A stretch of 64,000 nt of DNA, taken from positions 36,893 through 100,892 of the forward strand of contig CAZXEH010000001.1 of assembly GCA_964639885.1 (NCBI GenBank). Reading direction: 5' to 3'. The notes beneath the pieces are model-generated. The model was not told where the DNA came from. It saw nothing but the letters and a program-made list of their open reading frames with translations, and ran no database searches. Source of the stretch: an uncultured Caldisericales bacterium. Its GTDB lineage: Bacteria > Caldisericota > Caldisericia > JAAYUI01. The position numbers and the translations under genes were made by a program. Positions 9,262 through 19,612 of this stretch are shown here, piece by piece; position 1 is the first letter of the stretch; every line of letters starts with the position of its first letter.

Positions 9262-10655
9262 GCCTTGATGACCCTTTGTCCTTGCGGAGTGTCTTTGACG
9301 ATGTATCCGAGTTTGGCGATGTCATCACGAATCTTGTCTGACATTGCCCAATCCTTGTTTTTCCTCGCATTGGTGCGGTCATCCAGGAGCTTCTGGATTT
9401 CAGCCGGTACTTCAAGTTCTGAACCTTCCATGAAGGCGAACACAGAGTTGACCCTGTCGATTGCTGCGAGAATGGCTTCACGCCCAGCTGTGCCGATCTG
9501 ACCGTCGTCTATTGCCTTGTTGAGAGCTCTGGTTGCGTCAAACACTGCTGCAATGGCAACCGGTGTGTTAAGGTCGTCGTCCATTCCCTCATCGAACTGG
9601 GCAAACATCTTGTCCAGAACTTCTTTTGTGTCGAAAGAGTCTTTGCTATCTGGGATCGCCCTGACTCTCGAAACGAATTCGATGAGGCTTGCCCTTGCTT
9701 TTCCTGCAGCCCTAACGGCTTCATCTGTGTAGTTGAGGCTGGTTCTATAATGGTTTGTCACCACGAAGAAGCGGAACATTTCTGGCGTAACGCCTTTTTT
9801 GACCAGGTCTTCAAGGGTGTAGAAATTGCCAAGTGATTTGCTCATCTTGGCTCCGTCAACCATCAGGTGGTAGCTGTGCGCCCAGTAGTTGCAAAACGGC
9901 TTTCCTGTTGCGCCTTCAGACTGGGCGATCTCGTTTTGGTGGTGCGGGAAGATGTTGTCGATTCCGCCGGTGTGGATGTCGAGCGTTTCACCAAGAATCT
10001 CCATGGACATGGCAGAGCATTCGATATGCCAGCCTGGTCTGCCTTTTCCAAGTTCGGTTTCCCAGAACACAGTTCCGTCGTTTTCGTCCCATGCTTTCCA
10101 AAGGGCGAAATCCGAAACTGAATCTTTTTCGTATTCATCGGAAGCGTTTCTGCCCGATGCACCTGACATCAAGGAGGATGTGTCCAGATGGGCGAGTTTG
10201 CCGTAATCAGGAAATTTTGCAATCGAGTAGTAGATGCAGTTATCGGATGCCTTGTAGGCTACGCCTTTGCCAAGCAGTTTTTTTACCAAACCAACCATCT
10301 GAGGGATGTAGTAGGTCGCCCTTGGGTAGAAGTTTGCATCAGTTATGTGCAGGGCTTTTCTGTCGTTGTGGAACATTCCGATGAACGGCTCGGTGACTTC
10401 GGAGAGCGGAATCTTCTTCTCCCTGCTGGCGCGAATGGTCTTGTCGTCAATGTCTGTGATGTTCATGACTTGTGTGACGTCATAACCTTTGTATCGCAGA
10501 TACCTGACTAGAATGTCCTCGAAGAGGAAAGTTTTGAAGTTTCCGATATGGATTTTGTTGTAAACTGTTGGGCCGCACGTGTAGATTCCGATTTTGCCGG
10601 AATTTACGGGAACAACTTCCTCTTTTGTGCGGGTCATCGTGTTGAAAAGTCTCAT
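9258..10655 (-). CDS. cysS: cysteine--tRNA ligase
   Basis: Class I aaRS HIGH motif (CGPTVYNKIHIGN) and KMSKS motif (KMSKSLGN). 465 aa. Confidence 0.95.
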   Translation of the reverse strand: MRLFNTMTRTKEEVVPVNSGKIGIYTCGPTVYNKIHIGNFKTFLFEDILVRYLRYKGYDVTQVMNITDIDDKTIRASREKKIPLSEVTEPFIGMFHNDRKALHITDANFYPRATYYIPQMVGLVKKLLGKGVAYKASDNCIYYSIAKFPDYGKLAHLDTSSLMSGASGRNASDEYEKDSVSDFALWKAWDENDGTVFWETELGKGRPGWHIECSAMSMEILGETLDIHTGGIDNIFPHHQNEIAQSEGATGKPFCNYWAHSYHLMVDGAKMSKSLGNFYTLEDLVKKGVTPEMFRFFVVTNHYRTSLNYTDEAVRAAGKARASLIEFVSRVRAIPDSKDSFDTKEVLDKMFAQFDEGMDDDLNTPVAIAAVFDATRALNKAIDDGQIGTAGREAILAAIDRVNSVFAFMEGSELEVPAEIQKLLDDRTNARKNKDWAMSDKIRDDIAKLGYIVKDTPQGQRVIKA

Positions 10656-11593
10656 CTCTTTATTCTGCCTTCTGTTGCCATATATTCGTCAAGTCCAAGC
10701 CTGACCATGAGCTGGTCGCCTGGCGGGAAATGCTTTGTTATCACTTTTGACAGCTGGTCGAATGCAAGCGGTGTTCCAACCAGGCTGTTGACGTAGTCAA
10801 TGATGTTCCACAGCAGCAGCTTCAGTGAGGAGACAACTTCCTCCTTGAGCAGCCCCTTGGTCATGAGCCCCGAGAACTTGAGATCATCGTCGAGTCTCAG
10901 TTCGTTCATGAACTTGTGCTTCTTCCCGATTTCCACGGAGAATTTGTCGATGATTTTTCTGTAGTGGTTCTTTCCGAGGTTGCGTTCGCCAAGCTCAATG
11001 CCGACATCATCGAGGAAAGCCATCGTCCTGTCTATGTCCTCGGTGTCCTGTTTTTCAAGCATGGCGATGTCCATGCTCATGAACTTGAGGATTGCCTTTG
11101 AAGTTTTGAACCTGCCAAGTGTCGAGTTTTCAAATACCTTTGCCACAAGTCCGTGGGTCTTGATAAGGTTGAAAACTTCCCATTCCTCCATGTTGAACAC
11201 AATATGCTCGCGTTCGTCATCAGGAATTGGGACGATCTTAAGCATTGCGTCGTCTGGTGGAAGTCGGTCTCGAATGGAGTTCCATTCGTCCATGAGGTTG
11301 GACCAGTTGAGCAAGAGACTCTCGATCTTGTTGCTTATTGTCTGCTTTGGCGTCCTCATGTCCGGGATGAATCCCCAGGTGCCTGAGGTTATTGTCAGCA
11401 GGTCGTAGAAGGCAGTTTCTCCTTCAAGGTTCTTGGTTTCGGCATGAACGATTGCTCCCTGGCCAAAATAGATGCGTGAAGTGTCCTCACCGGTTTTGAT
11501 CTCCATGCAACCAGTTTTCTTGCTTATATTCATGGTTTGGAGTATCACGGCCAAGTCCAGGTTCTCTATTGTGCCAGTTATTGCGTACACCAA
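10652..11593 (-). CDS. DUF4388 domain-containing protein
   Basis: N-terminal DUF4388-like pattern (GTIENLDLAVILQTMNISKKTGCMEI...IYFGQGAIVHAE...GETAFYDLL). Paralogue at 28463..29539. Confidence 0.5.
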   Translation of the reverse strand: MVYAITGTIENLDLAVILQTMNISKKTGCMEIKTGEDTSRIYFGQGAIVHAETKNLEGETAFYDLLTITSGTWGFIPDMRTPKQTISNKIESLLLNWSNLMDEWNSIRDRLPPDDAMLKIVPIPDDEREHIVFNMEEWEVFNLIKTHGLVAKVFENSTLGRFKTSKAILKFMSMDIAMLEKQDTEDIDRTMAFLDDVGIELGERNLGKNHYRKIIDKFSVEIGKKHKFMNELRLDDDLKFSGLMTKGLLKEEVVSSLKLLLWNIIDYVNSLVGTPLAFDQLSKVITKHFPPGDQLMVRLGLDEYMATEGRIKR

Positions 11594-11804
11594 GCACCTC
11601 CAATCAAAAATCTATTTTAGGTTTAATAAAACCCCGTGTCAAGCTGGATCATCTTTTGTTGTTTCAATCTTGGCCGAGATTATAATATCAGAAAATGAGA
11701 GGCTTGAGCCTTCCCCAACAAGATATGATCATCAAACCCACAATAGGTTTCATGCTGCCTGCAAGTTCCGTGCAGACCGACATTAATCATGCAGGTGGGT
11801 TTCT

Positions 11805-13049
11805 GTGGGTCTGATTGAGCTGCTCCTCGCACTGCTGATGGCTTTCACTTCAACGTCGAACGCCTTTTATGTCAAAAACACGACACCGGCAGAGCTTGAC
11901 GAGTTCAATACCCAAACGGTTCGAGCCTTTGCAATCCTCATAGACAACACGGCGGAAGGCCAGATAAGCATCATCAGACCAGGCAAGATCACTGAAATCG
12001 GTGTTGTAATAAGGCCTGCATTCCAGGCGGAACGGGCACCTGATTTGTTCTGGGCTTACCATTATTGTGGAGGTCAGAACGGTTCCAAAGGTGCTGTGGT
12101 TGGAACAGGTGTAAACACAATTGACATCAGGTGTGGCCCGAACAGATCATACGATCCCCAAAGGCCTAACAACTGGCTTGCATCCATCATTTCGATCATA
12201 CCGTTCACTGAAGAGGAAAACGCAACCCCAAACGACATCGTTGTAACCTGCCCGGGTGGTTCTGACATCTTCAACAAATGGTCACCGTTTGTTGGCAATC
12301 CAGTTTATGCGATGGATGGTGAGGAATGGGTTCCAATCGACAGCTACTTCACGTCGCCAACCAGAAATGCACCCAGGATGATCCTCATCGATGTAAGAAA
12401 ACCCAAGCTCTACCTGCCTTATATCGAGTTTGAAAACTGGATCAGGGGCGACACAATCAAAGGTGAAACAATGACCGATGATGGCGGAGTCTGGATTTTG
12501 AACCAGCAGGGCGAAAAAAAGAAGATAGCCAGAGTGCTTCAAAGGCTTGAGAGCACTGGACTTTTCACCGGTTCCGAGTATGCAGAAGTTGGACAGGTGA
12601 GGATAAACACCCCTGGATTGCTCGAGATTTCAACCAACCGCTGGAGAGGCAGGATTGAAGATCCCAATGATCGAGGCGGTGTGCAAATTCTTGCTGATAA
12701 CGATGCAAAATACCTTCACTACAACCTCGGCTATCAGTCGATAATCGGTGGCAAACCCTACATGATTATCGGCTCGCTTGACTCACAGCCATCCGATCTT
12801 GCAAATCCAGTTTACACAGATGACAATGGCCTCCTTGTCAAGCCAACAATGGGCTCACCTCCATTTTTCAATGGTTTCATCAGGCCTCATTACGAGATAG
12901 ACAACTTCGAGTCTTCGTTCAGGGTTTTCATCTCGGAGGATTTTGGCAGAACATGGCGTGCAATGCCTGAAATAACCGGAATCACACAACCTGGAGAAAT
13001 CAGCTCTGTCCACTATTGGACGAACATCAGGCTCATGATGGGCAGATAG
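11805..13049 (+). CDS. hypothetical secreted protein
   Basis: GTG start and a signal-peptide-like N-terminus (LLLALLMAFTSTSNA). 414 aa. No recognised family. Confidence 0.45.
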   Translation: MGLIELLLALLMAFTSTSNAFYVKNTTPAELDEFNTQTVRAFAILIDNTAEGQISIIRPGKITEIGVVIRPAFQAERAPDLFWAYHYCGGQNGSKGAVVGTGVNTIDIRCGPNRSYDPQRPNNWLASIISIIPFTEEENATPNDIVVTCPGGSDIFNKWSPFVGNPVYAMDGEEWVPIDSYFTSPTRNAPRMILIDVRKPKLYLPYIEFENWIRGDTIKGETMTDDGGVWILNQQGEKKKIARVLQRLESTGLFTGSEYAEVGQVRINTPGLLEISTNRWRGRIEDPNDRGGVQILADNDAKYLHYNLGYQSIIGGKPYMIIGSLDSQPSDLANPVYTDDNGLLVKPTMGSPPFFNGFIRPHYEIDNFESSFRVFISEDFGRTWRAMPEITGITQPGEISSVHYWTNIRLMMGR

Positions 13050-13120
13050 GTTTGTGGTTCTTAACTTAAAATCATAAACTCCCTTGAACGTTAAACAACC
13101 ACGCATTAAACTACATCTTT

Positions 13121-13864
13121 GTGAAAATAAACTGTGTTTTGTTTCCGCCGGCAACTTTGGACATCAGCGAGCATTATGCTGTTGTGGTCGATGTTTTAAG
13201 AGCAACCTCCAACATCCTCTGCTTTTTTGAACGCGGTGCAGCTCTTGTGAGACCGATCAAAGACATTGATGAAGCCAGAGATTACAAGCTCCATTACCCT
13301 AACTGTGTACTCGCCGGTGAACGTGATGGAAAGAAAATCGACGGATTCCAGCTGGGTAATTCGCCAACCGAGACCCTCAGCTCAAAAATAAAAGGCAAGG
13401 AAATTGTGCTTTCCACAACTAACGGAACATCTGCTCTCATTGAAGCAGCAAAAGCTCACAAGGCTTTTGTGAGTTCACTCCTCAACCTCACCAAAACTGC
13501 TGAAACAATCGGCAAAATGATGCGAGAGACAAGGCGTGACCTGACAATAATCTGTTCCGGCAAACTTGGGCAGGTTTCCCTTGAAGACCTTTACTGCGCT
13601 GGTGCAATTATTCAAAAGGCTGTGAGCATGGGCGGCCTCAGGGGTTTTGAAATGGATGACGGCGCAAAAGTGGCAAAGATGGTGCATGGCGGTTTTGGCA
13701 ACGGAATGGATGCCATGCTCGCCTCATCCCACGGTCAGTACCTTTCATCGCTCACCCTTACCGGCGACATTGCCCTGTGCGCTAAAACCGACCTAATACC
13801 TTACCTTCCCGAAATCAGAAATGACAAAGGAATTCATATCGTCTGTGAAACCAAGGAGGATTGA
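13121..13864 (+). CDS. comB: 2-phosphosulfolactate phosphatase family protein (ComB-like)
   Basis: ComB family signature near the N-terminus (YAVVVDVLRATSNI). 247 aa. GTG start. Confidence 0.65.
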   Translation: MKINCVLFPPATLDISEHYAVVVDVLRATSNILCFFERGAALVRPIKDIDEARDYKLHYPNCVLAGERDGKKIDGFQLGNSPTETLSSKIKGKEIVLSTTNGTSALIEAAKAHKAFVSSLLNLTKTAETIGKMMRETRRDLTIICSGKLGQVSLEDLYCAGAIIQKAVSMGGLRGFEMDDGAKVAKMVHGGFGNGMDAMLASSHGQYLSSLTLTGDIALCAKTDLIPYLPEIRNDKGIHIVCETKED

Positions 13865-15324
13865 TGGTTGTTGATGAATCTAAGATAAGGCAGGCTTACG
13901 AAAAGCTTGCGCCGATCCTGGGGAAACGCGTGTCAATCGACATCACCCACAGGATGAGCTACAGCAGGGACTGGAGCCCAAGGCACGACTACGACAATGA
14001 CATTCCTGACATGATCGCTGTCCCGAAAACCACCGAAGAATGCGCTGAAATCATCAAGGTCGCCTACGACCTGGAGATTCCGGTTTGCACCTTTGCCGGT
14101 GGAACCGGCATGGGTGGCGGTGTTAACGCCTGGAAGGGCGGAATCATGATCGACAGCAAGGGCATGGATCAGATTCTCGAATTCGACGAGAAGAACCTCA
14201 CTGTCCGTGTCCAGGCCGGCATCACCATCTGGCACCTCAATGAATTCCTCAAAAATCATGGCCTTTGGCTCGCCCACCAGCCTGAAAGCAAGCAGGCCTC
14301 TACAGTTGGTGCAGCCATTGGTTGTGACAACGATTCAACGTTTGGTATGAAGTTTGGAAAGATCCTCGAATACCTTACGTCAATCAAGGTTGTCACCGGA
14401 ACCGGCGAGATAGTGGATTTTGGTCACCGCAAGGCCAACATGTCTTCATCTGGCTACAAGATTATGCATTTGTTTGTAAACTCTGAAGCTACACTTGGCG
14501 TGGTCACGGAAGCAACCCTCAGGGTGTCATACCTTCCAAAAGCGCGCGAGGTCATGGGCTTCCTGGTCAAGTCAATCGGCGAGTGCTGCTACACATTTGA
14601 AAAGATGGTTGCTGAAGGCATCCAGCTTGAGTCGCTCCACATAAATGACAGACAGAGACTCCATTTCTACACCCACTCATACAGAACAAAATACAACCGT
14701 GAACCGGAAGTGCCGGATTGGACTGATGCAATAGCTTTTGTCTCAGTTGCAGGTGACCCAGACATCGTCGAGTTCATGGCAAAAAAAGTGCGTGAAAAGA
14801 TGGCTCCAATTGGTGTCGAGGTAAAAGAGAAAGAAATCGTTACCGGTTACTGGGCGTCCAAGCATACGCTCGATTTCGAGCCTTTCAAGCAGAAGTGGCC
14901 TGATTCGCAGCGTGACAGAAAGTTCGGCGCTGCCGACGTTGGTGTTCCTATCGGAAATGTTCCGGCAATCCACGACAAGTTTGTTGAATACTCGCAGAAA
15001 TACGATCAGAAGATACTTGGTATGACCGTCTACAATGAAGTTGCCGGCAGAATTTCTCCGTCAATTTCGTTTGCCATCTTTGTCGACGACAAGGATCCCA
15101 AAAATGTTGACAATTTCTTCAAGTTTGTTGAGGAGATGAGCAGATCCGCAATCGAGCTTGAAGGCACGATGAGCACCTACATTGGCGACGGCGACAGGCT
15201 TGGCGGATTCAACAAGCTTGAACACGGTGCATCCTTCGAATGGATGAAGAAGATCAAAAAAATGTTTGACCCAAAGAACATCATGAACCCTGGCAAAAAG
15301 TTTGAAAGCAGGTGGATCAGATGA
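13864..15324 (+). CDS. FAD-linked oxidase (GlcD / D-lactate dehydrogenase-like)
   Basis: FAD_binding_4 PCMH region (VPKTTEECAEIIKVAYDLEIPV..FAGGTGMGGG...TVRVQAGITIWHLNEF) and FAD-oxidase C-terminal region. Start overlaps the comB stop. Confidence 0.85.
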   Translation: MVVDESKIRQAYEKLAPILGKRVSIDITHRMSYSRDWSPRHDYDNDIPDMIAVPKTTEECAEIIKVAYDLEIPVCTFAGGTGMGGGVNAWKGGIMIDSKGMDQILEFDEKNLTVRVQAGITIWHLNEFLKNHGLWLAHQPESKQASTVGAAIGCDNDSTFGMKFGKILEYLTSIKVVTGTGEIVDFGHRKANMSSSGYKIMHLFVNSEATLGVVTEATLRVSYLPKAREVMGFLVKSIGECCYTFEKMVAEGIQLESLHINDRQRLHFYTHSYRTKYNREPEVPDWTDAIAFVSVAGDPDIVEFMAKKVREKMAPIGVEVKEKEIVTGYWASKHTLDFEPFKQKWPDSQRDRKFGAADVGVPIGNVPAIHDKFVEYSQKYDQKILGMTVYNEVAGRISPSISFAIFVDDKDPKNVDNFFKFVEEMSRSAIELEGTMSTYIGDGDRLGGFNKLEHGASFEWMKKIKKMFDPKNIMNPGKKFESRWIR

Positions 15325-16403
15325 AACACCTCGAGCAGTTCAAAGACGACATCTACACCTGTGTGCGAACCCGTTGCGGTTTCTGCATTCAGGAATGCCC
15401 GACATACCGCGATGGTCTGATCGAAAGCTACGCCTCAAGAGGCAAGATGCTCCAGGCAAAAGGTCTCCTCGAAGGCGAGATGAAACTGACCCAGGAACTT
15501 GCCGATTCAGTATTTTTCTGCACCATGTGTGGTTACTGCGAAGCCAAATGCGCCCTCCAGAACCTTGAAATCTTCAAGGCTCTCAGGGAAGAGCTTGTTG
15601 AAGCCGGATACACCAAGAAAGAAAACGACTCTGTCGCCAAAAACATCATCGAGAAGGGCGACCCACTCGGTTCCGGCAAACAATTCAAGGTTGACGGCGA
15701 TGTTCAGCTTTATCTCGGCTGCGCCTATAGGGACAGAGCCACCGATGCCGAAAGGATCGTGAAGGTTCTTGGCAAACTCGGCATCAAAGTCAGGATCACC
15801 GAAGAAGTCTGCTGTGCAAACGCTCTTTACAACACCGGCTACAAAAAGGAATATGAGCAGGCCAAGGCAAAATTCATGGAAGTCTACAAACCCTACCTTA
15901 ATGACACCATCATCACGGTTTGCCCGAGCTGCACCCTCACACTCAAGGAATATTACGGACTGCCAAAGGTTGTTCACGCTTCAGAGCTGATCCTCCAGAA
16001 GCTCCCAACCATGAAAATCAAGAAATCAACAGCAAAAGCCACCTACCACGACCCATGCCATCTTGGCAGGGGACTGAAGAACTTCGACGCACCTAGAGAA
16101 ATAATCAGGATGCTTGGCTATGATCTCGCCGAGATGAGGCTGAACAACAATTTCTCGCAGTGTTGCGGTGGCGGTGGCGGTCTCCAGGCTCACGCCGGTG
16201 ACACAGTAAAAGAAACAGCAAAACGCCGTGTCAGGGAGGCCATTGACACAGGCGCCGAATACATTTCAACCATCTGTCCGACGTGCGAGTCAACACTTTT
16301 CAGAGCAACAATGGCTGTCTCCCGTGAAGAAAAGGAAAAGGGCACAGGAAAGCGCATCAAGAGCAAAGACATCTGGCAGATGCTGGAGGAGGCTTTGGAA
16401 TGA
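15321..16403 (+). CDS. (Fe-S)-binding protein with two CCG cysteine-rich domains (GlcF / heterodisulfide-reductase-D-like)
   Basis: 4Fe-4S cysteine clusters (CVRTRCGFCIQECP; CTMCGYCEAKC) followed by two CCG-type motifs (VCCANALYNTGY; CCGGGGG). Translationally coupled to the upstream oxidase. Confidence 0.8.
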   Translation: MKHLEQFKDDIYTCVRTRCGFCIQECPTYRDGLIESYASRGKMLQAKGLLEGEMKLTQELADSVFFCTMCGYCEAKCALQNLEIFKALREELVEAGYTKKENDSVAKNIIEKGDPLGSGKQFKVDGDVQLYLGCAYRDRATDAERIVKVLGKLGIKVRITEEVCCANALYNTGYKKEYEQAKAKFMEVYKPYLNDTIITVCPSCTLTLKEYYGLPKVVHASELILQKLPTMKIKKSTAKATYHDPCHLGRGLKNFDAPREIIRMLGYDLAEMRLNNNFSQCCGGGGGLQAHAGDTVKETAKRRVREAIDTGAEYISTICPTCESTLFRATMAVSREEKEKGTGKRIKSKDIWQMLEEALE

Positions 16404-17092
16404 AGAAAATATTGATCGGACTTGCAGCTGTTGTCATTCTCCTTGCCGGTTGCGGTGCAGCTGACGATAAAAAACCTGACGCAAAAAAACCCGATGATGG
16501 CAAACCGGTTGTGACTGAAAGACCGGAAAAGATTGACGGCTACACACTTTTCACCACACCGGAAGGAACAAGCTTTTATGTTCCAGATGGCTGGAAGAGT
16601 GAAGTCTTCAAGTTCCCGCCAGTCACTGACCCAAACATTGTAATGGCCGGTGCAGAGATCGTTTTTTACCCACCCGACACTGATATAACTGACATCAAAG
16701 ACAAGCTTGCAAACGGCGATTTCAGGTATCAGGAGTTGAATCTTCAGGGCAAAACACTGCTAGTCTACATGCAGGGCGTAACAAACCGCTTCATGCCCGG
16801 TGCATGCAAGGATTATCCACAGGTCACATTCTACGAGAACGGGGACTCTAACTATAAAAACTACTACATCCCATATTCGAAGGATGAGAACACCGAAGCC
16901 TGCTCAGCCACACTGAAACCGCCAGCCCTCAAATACAACGGCGAAGCAAGTGTTTATATCGCATACGGCCAGCGCATGCCAACATCGACACAGCCACTGG
17001 CCCAGTTCTGTGGAATTGCGGTTACATCGTCATCCCTTTCGGTAAAAGACAGGGAGATGTTTGAAAAAATCAGCGCTTCATTCAGATTTTGA
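16400..17092 (+). CDS. hypothetical lipoprotein
   Basis: Lipobox (LLAGCGAADDKKPD). GGAGG RBS. Stop/start overlaps on both sides. Confidence 0.5.
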   Translation: MKKILIGLAAVVILLAGCGAADDKKPDAKKPDDGKPVVTERPEKIDGYTLFTTPEGTSFYVPDGWKSEVFKFPPVTDPNIVMAGAEIVFYPPDTDITDIKDKLANGDFRYQELNLQGKTLLVYMQGVTNRFMPGACKDYPQVTFYENGDSNYKNYYIPYSKDENTEACSATLKPPALKYNGEASVYIAYGQRMPTSTQPLAQFCGIAVTSSSLSVKDREMFEKISASFRF

Positions 17093-17103
17093 CAAAGGAG
17101 ACA

Positions 17104-18585
17104 ATGATGCATCTTAAGAATTACATTAACGGAGTTTGGAAAGACTCAGTCACAGGCAGAACATTTGATGATTTCGACCCGGCAAACGGTGAACTTCTGT
17201 GCACGGTCACAAAATCGAGCGCAGACGATGTAAATGAGGCTGTTGCAGCAGCAAAGGCAGCATTTGCTAAATGGAGAGCGCTTCCCGCACCGGCACGTGG
17301 CGAGATACTGATGAAAGCTGCACACATTCTCGAGGGCAGAAAAGAAGAGATTGCAAGGGAACTGACCTGCGAAATGGGCAAAGTCATTGCCGAGGCAAGG
17401 GGCGATGTTCAGGAAGCAATCGACATGTTCTACCTCATCGGTGGTGAAGGCCGCAGGATGAAGGGTGAAACTGTCCCGTCAGAGATGATGAACAAGCTGA
17501 TCTATGTTGTCCGTGACCCAATCGGCGTTTGTGGACTGATCACACCGTGGAACTTCCCTGTAGCCATTCCGTCATGGAAAATAGCTCCTGCGCTTGTCCT
17601 TGGAAATACCGTCGTGGTCAAGCCGGCAACCGACACACCGCGTTGCATGGTCAGGATGTTTGAAGCCCTAATCGATGCAGGACTCAAGGATTATCCAGGT
17701 GTAATCAACCTCGTTCTCGGTGGTGGCTCAGAAGTCGGCGAAACCATCATCAACCATAAGGACATCAGGATGATCAGCTTCACCGGTTCAACCGATGTTG
17801 GTACAAGGATCGCAACCGTTTGTGGCCAGATGCTCAAGAGATCGTCGCTTGAAATGGGCGGGAAGAACGGCATGATCGTCATGGACGACGCTGACCTTGA
17901 ACTCGCTGTCGAAGCTGCAATCTGGTCGGCGTTTGGAACCACAGGACAGCGTTGCACCGCTTGCTCAAGAATCATCATTCACAGGTCAGTAAAAGAGAAG
18001 TTTGAAAAGATGCTCCTCGACCGTGCGCTCAAGCTCAAGCTTGGACATGGACTTTCATCAGATGTCGGCCCGGTCATCAACAAAACCGCAAGGGAATCAA
18101 TCCACAAATACGTTGAAATCGGCAAGGCAGAAGGCGCAAAGATGCTTTGTGGCGGCGAGTTTGCAACCGATGGCGATCTTTCAAAAGGGTCATTCTACAA
18201 GCCAACAATCTTCACCGATGTCAAGAGAAACATGAGAATTGCACAGGAAGAAATCTTTGGGCCTGTCGTTGCACTCATTCCGTGCGACAGCCTTGAAGAG
18301 GCAATCGATATCAACAACGACACCGCTTTTGGCCTCTCATCCTCAGTCATCACTGCCGACGTGAACAACGCAATGATCGCAGCACGCGACATCACAACCG
18401 GACTGGTCTATGTCAACGCCGGAACGATCGGCGCAGAAGTCAGCTCGCCGTTTGGCGGAACACGCGGAACAGGCAACGGACATCGCGAAGGCGGCGTGCA
18501 GGTTCTCGACGCTTTCATGGAGTGGAAGGTTGTAACTGTCGACTTCTCCGGCCATGTGCAGAAGGCCCAGATAGACAACAAGTGA
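17104..18585 (+). CDS. NAD(P)+-dependent aldehyde dehydrogenase
   Basis: ALDH family, including the catalytic Cys region ([17 protein letters not shown]) and Glu region (LEMGGKNG). AAGGAG RBS before ATG 17104. Confidence 0.9.
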   Translation: MMHLKNYINGVWKDSVTGRTFDDFDPANGELLCTVTKSSADDVNEAVAAAKAAFAKWRALPAPARGEILMKAAHILEGRKEEIARELTCEMGKVIAEARGDVQEAIDMFYLIGGEGRRMKGETVPSEMMNKLIYVVRDPIGVCGLITPWNFPVAIPSWKIAPALVLGNTVVVKPATDTPRCMVRMFEALIDAGLKDYPGVINLVLGGGSEVGETIINHKDIRMISFTGSTDVGTRIATVCGQMLKRSSLEMGGKNGMIVMDDADLELAVEAAIWSAFGTTGQRCTACSRIIIHRSVKEKFEKMLLDRALKLKLGHGLSSDVGPVINKTARESIHKYVEIGKAEGAKMLCGGEFATDGDLSKGSFYKPTIFTDVKRNMRIAQEEIFGPVVALIPCDSLEEAIDINNDTAFGLSSSVITADVNNAMIAARDITTGLVYVNAGTIGAEVSSPFGGTRGTGNGHREGGVQVLDAFMEWKVVTVDFSGHVQKAQIDNK

Positions 18586-18602
18586 TTTGAAATGAAGTGA
18601 CG

Positions 18603-18632
18603 ATGGCGCCTCACAAAGAGGCGCCATTTTTT
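18603..18632. terminator. bidirectional Rho-independent terminator between convergent genes
   Basis: GGCGCCTC-acaaa-GAGGCGCC hairpin followed by a T-run (ATTTTTTAT). An A-run lies on the opposite side. Confidence 0.6.
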
Positions 18633-19602
18633 ATGGGTAGATTAGTTGAGTTATTGTCACTGATCTAGTTGCAGAATCGTACGAAACCCAACATTCAAAT
18701 ATTTCACCAATGAACCTGAATGGCACCATCAGTGAACCGTTGATTATTACTGGAGGTGTGCCGTTTATTGTTACTTCCTTGCCATTAAAAGTTCCTTTTG
18801 GATTGCCAACATAAATTACCAATAAATTACCTCCCAATTCGACTGTAATCATTTTTGATTCAGCGCTATATGTTACGTTGCCACCAAGGAAAGTATTACA
18901 GAAAAATCTGAGAGGCACCATTGTTGATGCTCTGTAGATTGTTAGTTCAACCGGCATTGTGAATTCAACTCCGTCGATGGTCGCTATTTTATTGTAGGTT
19001 TGCATTTTGCACGTTTTTTCGTGGATGTTTGTGATATTTAGGATGAATGTTGAGATATTACCATATTTGTCGGTAATTTTTATTATGTGGTCAGTTTTCG
19101 AGGGTGACTTTTCAATAGTGAGTTTGACCGTGAACATTATACCATCTTGTTCAGCTTTATTGCCATCTCCTTCGATGATGCATTCTGGTTCTGTGAATCC
19201 CACCTGTTGATATTCGTTGACGTCTTTTGTCTTAATATTAATTTGATTACCTGTCATTAGTTTACTTGAAATGCAAAAATGTACTTTTGGTGCTGTCGTC
19301 CTCATCTGCACGAGGATGCCTTTTGTCGTGGACTGGCCATCTTTTGTGGCTTTGAAGTGGAAGACGTTGTCACCCTCCTTAATTTCGAGGTCAATTTTAA
19401 AAACGCCGTCATCGCCAATTGTGGCGACTTTCTTGCCCCTCATGCTGACCTCGGTTCCTGGCGCAGCTTTACCGATGAGCGTAAAAGGCGATTTGTTCGT
19501 GTAATGAACAAGACCGATCTCAAATTCAACATTCTCTGCTTTTGCCCCAATCACAGGCATTATCAACACCGCAATAATCATTGTCAGAATCATTTTTTTC
19601 AT
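18631..19602 (-). CDS. secreted protein with C-terminal 'copper amine oxidase N-terminal-like' stalk domain
   Basis: Signal peptide (MKKMILTMIIAVLIMPVIGAKA). C-terminal module ...STMVPLRFF...GG.V.Y...VPFRFIGE...W..D...R.V.I, as seen in Cu_amine_oxidN1-type stalk domains. Confidence 0.55.
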   Translation of the reverse strand: MKKMILTMIIAVLIMPVIGAKAENVEFEIGLVHYTNKSPFTLIGKAAPGTEVSMRGKKVATIGDDGVFKIDLEIKEGDNVFHFKATKDGQSTTKGILVQMRTTAPKVHFCISSKLMTGNQINIKTKDVNEYQQVGFTEPECIIEGDGNKAEQDGIMFTVKLTIEKSPSKTDHIIKITDKYGNISTFILNITNIHEKTCKMQTYNKIATIDGVEFTMPVELTIYRASTMVPLRFFCNTFLGGNVTYSAESKMITVELGGNLLVIYVGNPKGTFNGKEVTINGTPPVIINGSLMVPFRFIGEIFECWVSYDSATRSVTITQLIYP

Positions 19603-19612
19603 TTTTGCCTCC

